Source of the DNA: Pseudomonadota bacterium
Lineage (GTDB): Bacteria; Pseudomonadota; Gammaproteobacteria; Burkholderiales; Burkholderiaceae_D
Assembly (NCBI GenBank): GCA_040390195.1
Contig: JAZJYV010000078.1
Span: 4,362 to 68,361 of the forward strand
DNA: 64,000 nt
Reading direction: 5' to 3'
In this document: positions 10,292-18,058 of the stretch, one piece after another
How positions within the stretch are numbered: position 1 is the first letter of the stretch
How the letters are laid out: each line of letters begins with the position of its first letter
Program-made: the position numbers and the translations under genes
Notes under the pieces: model-generated
Seen by the model: only the letters and a program-made list of their open reading frames with translations
Told to the model about the DNA's origin: nothing
The model's database searches: none

Positions 10292-10726
10292 TTGTTCTGC
10301 ATACTTTCCATTGCACAGCCCAAAGGCTGTCTGGAGGACGCCCTGCGCGAACATGGCAGGCCCTTGGTGTTCAACAGCGACCAGGGCTCGCAGTTCACGA
10401 GCAAGGTCTTCACGGACGTGCTCAAGCGCGAGAAGGTGGACATCAGCATGGACGGACGGGGACGGGCCTTGGACAAAATCTTCGTCGAGCGCTTGTGGCG
10501 CAATGTGAAGTACGAGGACGTGTACCTGACGGGATACGCCAACATGGCGGAGCTGATGATGAGATTGGCACAATACTTCGCGTTCTACAACAGCGAAAGG
10601 CCGCATCAATCCCTCGGCTACCATACGCCAGCCAGCGTTTACGAGAGCGGCGTCGGCGGAGGTGCGCTGATCGTTGATAAGTACGGCGGTGTTGAGAAAG
10701 AAGTGATGGAAATGGCGATGGCGTGA
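10292..10726 (+). pseudogene. IS3-family transposase (OrfB) C-terminal remnant
   Basis: LVFNSDQGSQFTSKVFTDVLKREKVDISMDGRGRALDKIFVERLWRNVKYEDVYL...YNSERPHQSLGY is the DDE integrase-core C-terminus. The N-terminal two thirds and OrfA are absent. A possible right IS end ...gtcttgaccgatgggtccacgtttccCA lies near 10941. Confidence 0.8.
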
Positions 10727-11002
10727 GGCTGGCGCCGACTTTACCACCGCGCGGCACGCTCTTGCCCTGTGCATTGGGCGACGAGCGGCGCCGTGGAAAA
10801 GTCTACCGGCTTCGAACAAGAACACGTCCGAAAAGCCGAAGTGGCGAGCAATACGGGCAGCGCCGGTCAGCTGAATGCACGTAACGGACACAGCTTAAAC
10901 TCGCTGAAAAATTGTCTTGACCGATGGGTCCACGTTTCCCACCCCGCGTTAGGGATATATTTTTCTAACATGAGCCATTTACGCGACGGAATTCGCAGTA
11001 TT

Positions 11003-11034
11003 GGGTAAGGACGATGCGGGGTAAGGACGATGCG
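11003..11034. repeat. perfect 16-bp tandem duplication (gggtaaggacgatgcg x2)
   Basis: Read directly from the sequence. It lies about 60 bp beyond the putative IS end. Confidence 0.8.
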
Positions 11035-11266
11035 CAGTGTTCGCTACATCGCTCTGGCCCAACTGACTGATGTCCTCCGTCGGTCGATGGCGCCGTGGAT
11101 ACACCGGCCCACTGCAACCTTATTCCGGTTCGTTCAATATTGAGAAATGAAATTACTGTAGTACAAGCCGCAGCGACGAAAACAAGTGTTCATACTATTC
11201 TGGGATGGGAAAATGAAGAAGGAAGTCTATGTGTTGTCGGCCGCCTACAACGGCCTCGCGCGAAAA

Positions 11267-12238
11267 ATGTTGCGGCGCGGTGTCAATCTTGTTTGCGCCG
11301 CGAGCTTCATGTGCGCTCTGATTCCCATTGGTCCCGCGCAGGCTGCAGGTTTGTTTGGTGGTGATAAAGACGCCTCGGTCAAAGTCACGAATGGTGGTGA
11401 ACTCAAAGGACGATCAACTATCGCCATTGGCGCTTTTCGCGTGGCGTTTGTCACCGAGGATGCTGCGAACGCCGCCACACGTGGTATTTTTGGCAGTAGC
11501 GCGGCACGCATCAGCGCCGAACTTGTCGGCGTCGATCACGCGCTGATGCAAAAAATAACCGACAAAATCTATGCCGATTTCGTCCAGCATGCAAACGCCA
11601 AGGGGTACACGGTCATCGACTCCGTGGCGCTGGCCACCACCGCGCCGGCCTACACGGCCCTAGCTCCAATGGAGAATTTCACGGTGGGTCGTCTCGGCAC
11701 CTTTGTCATCCCGAGTGGACAGCGATCAGTTGCATTGGCCTCCGATAGCCGCGCAAAAGAGGAAAAAGGCACAGGCGGATTCGCGGCACGATTCAATATC
11801 GTCTCCGATCAATTGGCGAAGTCACCTGCCAGCGATGCCTTTCCAGTCGTTGCCAAACAAGCTGACGCGGCGGTCCTGGGAGTGACCATCGTGGCGAATT
11901 TTGCCAATTTCAAGGGGACTGCCTCTCTGGGAGGATCGAATGCCTCGCTCGCTGTGGGCGCAACGATCGATGGACGCAACAAGAATGAGATTATCGCGTC
12001 CACGTCCATTTACGGCTGGAATAGCGGTACTGGAACTTGCGCCCGCTGCCCGGCTCAGCTCGGTCTGGAGGGGCAGCTTCATTCCGACGCGACAATTGGC
12101 ACTTACGGCAGCGGCGGCGCCAAGAACAATCTTTCCGGCACGGTGACAGCTGACCCTGCGGCCTATGAGCAAAACATTCTCCTGTTGGCAGCGAAGGCGA
12201 GCGACATGCTCCTGGGCGCCCTGCAAGCTGAAAAATAG
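11267..12238 (+). CDS. secreted hypothetical protein (about 323 aa; alternative starts at 11213 and 11186)
   Basis: MLRRGVNLVCAASFMCALIPIGPAQA is a good signal peptide. The ORF is long in a lower-GC region. No domain recognised. Confidence 0.55.
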   Translation: MLRRGVNLVCAASFMCALIPIGPAQAAGLFGGDKDASVKVTNGGELKGRSTIAIGAFRVAFVTEDAANAATRGIFGSSAARISAELVGVDHALMQKITDKIYADFVQHANAKGYTVIDSVALATTAPAYTALAPMENFTVGRLGTFVIPSGQRSVALASDSRAKEEKGTGGFAARFNIVSDQLAKSPASDAFPVVAKQADAAVLGVTIVANFANFKGTASLGGSNASLAVGATIDGRNKNEIIASTSIYGWNSGTGTCARCPAQLGLEGQLHSDATIGTYGSGGAKNNLSGTVTADPAAYEQNILLLAAKASDMLLGALQAEK

Positions 12239-12325
12239 CGCGCCCGGCTTGCTAGACGAATCAGTGTTTGAATTTCGGACCGCCCCCTTCTGAATCGAAG
12301 TTACGACTAATTACTGATAGAAAAT

Positions 12326-13012
12326 ATGACCGCCACTGTCCTCAATAAAAAAGACTTCACTGCCGCCATCGGCACAGTCGCAGCGATAATCGCCGCCGCC
12401 CTGTTTAGTGGCGCCGCAATTGCTTCGCCCATTACCACCCCGACCCAGCTCGCCGGTGCTACCACGTTGATCGACTTCAATACTCTGAGCCAAGGTGACT
12501 ATGCGAATCCGATCACGATCTCAGGCGTCACTTTCAGCGGAAACCTCAATGTGAAGAATGCGCAGCCTTACTATGCGCCGGTCAACTTTCCAACTTTCGT
12601 CTCCGGTATGACTTTGGGCCTGCCAAGTGTCGCCGGGCAGGGACAGGTGTTCACAATTACTTTCGCAAACTTGGTGTCTGAAGCCGGATTTGGCATCTTT
12701 GACCCGAATTTCGCTGGCAACGTCATCACCGCCTATGACAATGCCGGAAATGTACTAGAGTCGACCACGCCCGACGCGCTGTTCCCCGTCGGTGGCACTG
12801 GCGCTGACTATGTCGGCTTTTTGAGGAGCGGCGTCGACATCCGGCGCATAGAAATTGTAGCCGGTTCGCGCGCTGGGGTCTCAGACGGTATCTGGATCGA
12901 CAATCTTCGGTTTGATATCGCCACGCCGAACGCCCTGCCCATCCCAGGAAGTCTGATTTTGATATTGACTGGGCTGCTGGTTGCAACTGCCGTGCGACGC
13001 GTCAAAGCATAG
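12326..13012 (+). CDS. PEP-CTERM-like sorting-domain secreted protein
   Basis: N-terminal hydrophobic signal. The C-terminus LPIPGSLILILTGLLVATAVRRVKA has a P-x-P motif, a TM helix and a basic tail. Confidence 0.7.
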   Translation: MTATVLNKKDFTAAIGTVAAIIAAALFSGAAIASPITTPTQLAGATTLIDFNTLSQGDYANPITISGVTFSGNLNVKNAQPYYAPVNFPTFVSGMTLGLPSVAGQGQVFTITFANLVSEAGFGIFDPNFAGNVITAYDNAGNVLESTTPDALFPVGGTGADYVGFLRSGVDIRRIEIVAGSRAGVSDGIWIDNLRFDIATPNALPIPGSLILILTGLLVATAVRRVKA

Positions 13013-13329
13013 CTATCTTTTTTGTGGCCTTCAAGCAAGCCCAAGTGTGAAGCCCTGTTGAAAGTGTTGCGCGAGCCGGCCGAAGTCGTGCTCAAACTGA
13101 ACTAGAGCGACGTGATGGCATTTTTGGTGCCCGCCTGAGCGAACGCCATCAAGAGCGACCTGATGAGCATTTCGGTCGTTCTCCATAATAGGCCGCAATG
13201 GGCGTATGCTGGGTCTAGACGCGAGCGTGAAGATGACCCTGGCCGGCCCCCGATGGCGGTCCCATTCCCTCGCCCAAGTGACGCTGCCGGCCTAACAGAT
13301 GGACGCGGCCCTTGACCGCGCAGCCGAGA

Positions 13330-13652
13330 AATGGAAGCGACGATTACTTCGTGTGCACCACTGACACGGGCTGGTCATGGTCGACCTGCGGAAGGATAGA
13401 GTCGAGTTCCCCGATCTCAAACGCGCGGCGGTGGAGCTGGCGCAGCGGCTTAGCCTCCACGCCGTGCTGGTGAAAGTCAAGGCGAGCGGGCAAAGGCTGA
13501 TTCAGGAACTGCGCAACCTGACGCGCCTACCCGTCCTTGCCATCCCGTGGCTCCATTACGCCGACGATGAAATGGCTCCTATACGCCGACGATTCACAGC
13601 AACGAAACCTTCGACGTTCAAGGCTTCGACGGACGCAAGACGCCACAAGTGA
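13330..13652 (+). pseudogene. phage terminase large-subunit C-terminal (nuclease domain) fragment, frameshifted
   Basis: DYFVCTTDTGW in one frame, then DLRKDRVEFPDLKRAAVELAQ...VKVKASGQRLIQELR in another. This resembles the terminase pattern DWSVCTTW...W.G.WEFPELK...EDKASGQSLIQEL recalled from memory. No intact N-terminal ATPase. Confidence 0.5.
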
Positions 13653-14053
13653 ACCGACACCGATTCACCGCTGTCATCCGCCTTCATCAAACTAATGCAG
13701 CACTGAAGAGCTGAGTCGATGTAGGTGTGGTAGGCAATCTCAGTGTGTGTCATGCCCCCCTGTGGATGTCGACCTGCAGCTAGTTCAATTGTGCGTTCGA
13801 ACAACATACACAATCGAAGGGATTCACTGATAATTTCATTTCTCCCAGCTGTTCAACCGGCCCCGCGGCAATTCCTTCCGACCTTTTGCCATTGCGACCG
13901 CCACCGTGCAGACGACAACCGAGAGCTATTGTCAGGCGCATTCAAGAATATATTATTCGAGTCGCCCGAAAAATCAGGTGAAGTGCAGCAAATTCAAGAT
14001 ATTACGTCGTAATTCTTGTAGACGCTGCGACGCTAAGTCATTGATTTTTTTAG

Positions 14054-14076
14054 CCTCCCATTCAAGAATTTATTAT
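14054..14076. repeat. right copy of the 23-bp inverted repeat (cctcccattcaagaatttattat)
   Basis: Inverted match to 10158..10182. Additional TTCAAGA(A/T)AT copies lie at 13941 and 13993, with an opposed copy at 14012. Confidence 0.7.
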
Positions 14077-14246
14077 GACGAAACAACGCAAGCACTCCAC
14101 GACACACATTATTGCAAGTTCGAGGATTGTGCCTTGCGTCTTCCCCCATTTTTCTCCCACGGGCATTTCCCTAGACTGTGATTCATCGGTGGCGGCAACA
14201 CGAAGACCTGCTACCGAAACCCTGATCAATTTTTCTGGAGAATCAC

Positions 14247-14681
14247 ATGAACATCAAACACATCATCGCATCCGTTTCCCTGTTGGCAGCTGTGACTGGC
14301 GCATTCGCTGGAAGCGACATTTCCTCCTCCGATCAAGTGCTAACACGTCAACAAGTGTACAAAGAGTTGCTGCGCGCCCGCGCTGCCGGTGAGCTCAACT
14401 ACTCTGACGCCACTTATCCTTTGGCACCCCGTGAGGTTGCGAGCAAAGTGACGCGCGAAGAAGTCTTGGCAGAATTATACCGAGCCCGTGCTGCCGGCGA
14501 AATGAACTACACCGATGCGACATATCCACTGTCCTTGACTGCGGCGCCAACTTTGCTGACACGCGAAAGCGTTCGGGCCGAGGCGATCAGAGCGCGCGCC
14601 GCGGGCGAACTGGACTACACCGAGGCGAGCTATCCGTTCACCTTGAGCAGCTCGAACCCACTTAGTGCCGTGAACAATTAA
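14247..14681 (+). CDS. DUF4148-like periplasmic protein with three tandem repeats
   Basis: Signal MNIKHIIASVSLLAAVTGAFA, then three copies of TR..V..EL.RARAAGE(L/M)(N/D)Y(S/T)(D/E)A(T/S)YP. Confidence 0.7.
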   Translation: MNIKHIIASVSLLAAVTGAFAGSDISSSDQVLTRQQVYKELLRARAAGELNYSDATYPLAPREVASKVTREEVLAELYRARAAGEMNYTDATYPLSLTAAPTLLTRESVRAEAIRARAAGELDYTEASYPFTLSSSNPLSAVNN

Positions 14682-14738
14682 AGCACTGGACTCAGGCGAA
14701 CGCACACCAGGCGATTGACATGGCTTGCGTCGAGCCCG

Positions 14739-15035
14739 TCAGCCCTCCAAGGAAAAGAATTTCTCCGCGCCCAAAGCGCACTTGGTCGGGCTGAATTCGA
14801 TGACCTGGTACGTTGCCAACTGCTCACGCGAGAACGGATCTTTATTCAGTACAAGATCCAATTCTTTGCGGCTCAGGTTCCTAGCCAAGATAACGCCACC
14901 GATTCGAGGTTCTTGGGCGCCAGAGGCAAGAAAATGACCGGCAGCGTAGTGCTTATCGAGGAAATTTCGATGTTCCTGTAGATATTTTTCGACTACCTCA
15001 AGCGGTTGAACGTAGTGCAGTAGAACGATGAACAT
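14739..15035 (-). CDS. YciI family protein
   Basis: 98 aa. MFIVLLHYVQPLEVVEKYLQEHRNFLDKHYAAGHFLASG...DPF is the typical YciI-like pattern. Confidence 0.72.
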   Translation of the reverse strand: MFIVLLHYVQPLEVVEKYLQEHRNFLDKHYAAGHFLASGAQEPRIGGVILARNLSRKELDLVLNKDPFSREQLATYQVIEFSPTKCALGAEKFFSLEG

Positions 15036-15103
15036 TCGTATTTTCCTTCATAAAACTCATTAAAATTGAAACTGCGGACCAAGGCCGGACCATTGCCGCT
15101 TGC

Positions 15104-15994
15104 CTAACACTTGAATAGTTGTTCGACGAAGTCCACAAATACCTTCACCTTTGCAGCACGGTGATGGCGCGGATGGTAGAGGACCGATACATCCGGGCCT
15201 GGCGCGCTCCACTGTTCCAGGACAGGTACCAGCGCCCCAGTCCGGATCGGCTCCTCCACCGACAGCGACAGGTGCTGCACAATGCCGCAGCCGACTTTGG
15301 CTGCCTCGATGAGCGACTCCACGTGGTCCATTTCCAGCACTCCGCGCGGCGTCAACGGGAACTGTTGCCCGTCTCGTTCAAACATCCATTGCCTGACTTT
15401 TCGCGACTTCGGATTAAGAAAATTCAAGCAAACAAAACTCGATAGTTGCTCTGGCGTTTCCGGCTGGCCGTGTGCCGCAAGGTAGGCCGGTGAGGCGCAG
15501 CAAATGTACTTCGTCTTCAATACGGTCTTGGCAACCAGGTTTGAATTTTGCAATTCTCCAATACGGATCAGCACGTCGATCCCGTCTTCCACCATGTCGA
15601 TCATTCGGTCGCCCGCAGTCATCCGCAGGCGGATGTCGGGGTACGCCGCCAGGAACGCTGGCAAGGCTGGCGCGACGTATTGTCTACTGATAATGTTTGG
15701 CATGTCGACACGCAGACTACCTCGCGGATTTTGATTTGAATCGAGCATGCTGATCTCTAGCTCGTCCATATCGCCCAGCAAGGCGAGCGCCATTTCGTAG
15801 CACTGGCGCCCTTCGTCAGTCACTGACATACGGCGTGTCGTGCGGTGGAGTAGCTTGATCTTGAAGTGGGCTTCCAACGCCAATACCTGATTCGTCACCG
15901 ACGACGTCGAGATCGCCAACTTGTCGGCCGCACGACTGAAGCCGCCAGCATCGACAACCGCGCAAAAAACTTTTAGTGCATCCAAGCGATCCAT
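15104..15994 (-). CDS. LysR family transcriptional regulator
   Basis: MDRLDALKVFCAVVDAGGFSRAADKLAISTSSVTNQVLALEAHF is a LysR HTH, followed by a substrate-binding domain. Divergent from the oxidoreductase gene. Confidence 0.88.
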   Translation of the reverse strand: MDRLDALKVFCAVVDAGGFSRAADKLAISTSSVTNQVLALEAHFKIKLLHRTTRRMSVTDEGRQCYEMALALLGDMDELEISMLDSNQNPRGSLRVDMPNIISRQYVAPALPAFLAAYPDIRLRMTAGDRMIDMVEDGIDVLIRIGELQNSNLVAKTVLKTKYICCASPAYLAAHGQPETPEQLSSFVCLNFLNPKSRKVRQWMFERDGQQFPLTPRGVLEMDHVESLIEAAKVGCGIVQHLSLSVEEPIRTGALVPVLEQWSAPGPDVSVLYHPRHHRAAKVKVFVDFVEQLFKC

Positions 15995-16055
15995 CGCGGT
16001 ACTCCCTTACCAAGCGGGCGAGTCGGGCTTCGCCCCACCGGCTCCATTATTTACG

Positions 16056-16065
16056 ATTTCGAAAT
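16056..16065. promoter_or_regulatory. ATTTCGAAAT palindrome in the LysR/oxidoreductase divergent intergenic region (candidate LysR box core)
   Basis: Perfect 10-bp palindrome in the 183-bp divergent region. Assigned by position only. Confidence 0.25.
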
Positions 16066-16177
16066 TGTGTGTTGAACCTGGACCCATTTTTCCGCCGGGC
16101 CTTTGTCTCTACACTGGATTCATCGGTTGGGGACTACAAGCCCCACCGTCCTCTTCCCAACTACTAAGGAAACTACC

Positions 16178-17182
16178 ATGTCTGCTACCACCACCATGCA
16201 AGCGATCGTCCTGAATGCCTTTGGCGAGCCGATGACCCTCAGCGCCATCGCCCGCCCTGTGGCCGGCCCTGGACAAGTCCTGGTCCGCATCCTTGCAAGC
16301 GGCGTCAATCCGCTCGACATTAAAATCGCCGCTGGCCAGGCCGCCCACGCTCGCACCGTGCTGCCAGCCGTACTCGGCATTGACTTGGCCGGCGTGGTCG
16401 AGGCCATCGGCCTTGGGGTGACCGCGTTCAAGGTCGGAGACGAAGTCTACGGCATGGCTGGCGGCATCGGTGGTGTGCAAGGCTCGCTGGCGCAATTTTC
16501 CGCAGTCGATGCCGATTTGCTCGCCATTAAACCGGCCAACATCTCGATGCGCGAAGCGGCTGCCCTGCCCTTGGTCTTCATCACCGCCTGGGAAGGTCTG
16601 GTAGACCGCGCCCAGCTCTCCGCCGACAAGACTGTCCTGGTCCATGGTGGCGCCGGTGGCGTTGGCCATATCGCGGTACAGATTGCCGTCGCAGCCGGCG
16701 CCCGCGTGTTCGCCACCGGATCGGCTGAACAGAAGGAAATCATCGAATCATATGGCGCCACTGCGATCGACTACCTCAGCACGACGGTCGAACAATACGT
16801 CGAACAGCATACCGGCGGCGAGGGCTTCGACCTGGTCTACGACACCGTCGGCGGCCCAACCCTCGATGCCTCCTTCCGTGCCGCCCGCCAATACCACGGC
16901 CACGTGGTGAGCTGCCTGGGCTGGGGTACCCATGCGCTGGCGCCGCTCTCGTTCCGTGCCGCAACCTACTCCGGCGTGTTCACCCTGCTCCCACTGCTGA
17001 GCGGAAAAGGACGCGCCCAACATGGCGCCATCATGCGCGAAGCCACCAGGCTGGTCGAAGCAGGCAAGATCCGCGTCAACCTGGACCCGTCCACCTACAG
17101 CATCAATACTGTTGATGCTGCCCATCGTGCCATCACCCAAGGCACCGCCAAGGGGAAAATCGTCGTCGATATTGATCAATAA
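16178..17182 (+). CDS. zinc-binding alcohol dehydrogenase / quinone oxidoreductase family protein
   Basis: ATG at 16178. MSATTTMQAIVLNAFGEPMTL...GVNPLDIKI...VLVHGGAGGVGHIAVQIA (Rossmann motif) indicates the MDR superfamily. Confidence 0.85.
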   Translation: MSATTTMQAIVLNAFGEPMTLSAIARPVAGPGQVLVRILASGVNPLDIKIAAGQAAHARTVLPAVLGIDLAGVVEAIGLGVTAFKVGDEVYGMAGGIGGVQGSLAQFSAVDADLLAIKPANISMREAAALPLVFITAWEGLVDRAQLSADKTVLVHGGAGGVGHIAVQIAVAAGARVFATGSAEQKEIIESYGATAIDYLSTTVEQYVEQHTGGEGFDLVYDTVGGPTLDASFRAARQYHGHVVSCLGWGTHALAPLSFRAATYSGVFTLLPLLSGKGRAQHGAIMREATRLVEAGKIRVNLDPSTYSINTVDAAHRAITQGTAKGKIVVDIDQ

Positions 17183-17288
17183 GCCGCCAAAGCTCCCGAA
17201 CCGGCAAGCCAGGGCGCAGAGCGGGATCGGGCGCGGGAAGGGCGGCCGGATTCCAAGGACCCGGGGAGCAGGTCGGGGTCGCGATGGC

Positions 17289-17834
17289 TCATGGCGCGCT
17301 CCTCGACAGCACGATATCGACCATGACCGCGGGCGCCAGCGCCACGGTATCGAAGACGAATTCGGGCGACAGCGGGACTTCGTACGGCGCATCGACGCCC
17401 GTCAAGCCGAGCAAGGTGCCGGCGCGCGCCTTGGCGTACAGTCCCTTGGGGTCGCGCGCGGCGCAAGTGGCCAGCGAGGTCGACAGATACACCTCGGCGA
17501 AGCGGCCCACCGCGAACAAGTGCCGCACACCTGCGCGGTCGGCCGCGAACGGCGAGACGAAGGCGCAAATGACGAGCAGGCCGGCGTCGGCCATCATGCG
17601 CGCCACTTCGCCCGCGCGGCGGATATTTTCATGGCGATCGGCGTCGGACATGCCAAGGTCGGCGCACAAGCCGCTGCGCAATTGGTCGCCATCGAGGACC
17701 ACGGCGCGCGCCCCCCTTTGGCGCAGCGTGGCGCACAGGGCCTGCGCCAACGTGCTCTTGCCGGCTCCGGACAGGCCGGTGATCCAGTAACAGGACACCG
17801 GCGGCACGATGCTGGCGGCGCTAGCGCGCGTCAT
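17289..17834 (-). CDS. cysC: adenylyl-sulfate (APS) kinase
   Basis: [17 protein letters not shown] (P-loop), LDGDQLR and FVSPF motifs. First ATG at 17834 (a TTG lies at 17840). Confidence 0.85.
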   Translation of the reverse strand: MTRASAASIVPPVSCYWITGLSGAGKSTLAQALCATLRQRGARAVVLDGDQLRSGLCADLGMSDADRHENIRRAGEVARMMADAGLLVICAFVSPFAADRAGVRHLFAVGRFAEVYLSTSLATCAARDPKGLYAKARAGTLLGLTGVDAPYEVPLSPEFVFDTVALAPAVMVDIVLSRSAP

Positions 17835-18058
17835 GCGCAATGCTCATTGTCGATGGCCCCATGATTGCGCACTATACCAGCCACAAACCTCGGGCGCCAC
17901 ACTGCGCCGCCACCACATCGGCAATGCCCACGAAGGCGAGCATCAGCTCGGCGCCAGGCTGTGCCTCGTTGGCGCATTCGCTCTGTTTTCTCTAGCCCAG
18001 GCAGACGAGAAGAAGCAAGATGTCCGATGTGCGCGTGGGCTGCCAAAGCGGCGCTGTC

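Noticed and set aside
13556-13813. 85-aa minus-strand ORF in the phage-debris region.
   Set aside because: No RBS or recognisable motif. It overlaps the tail of the terminase fragment and is likely a chance ORF in decayed DNA.
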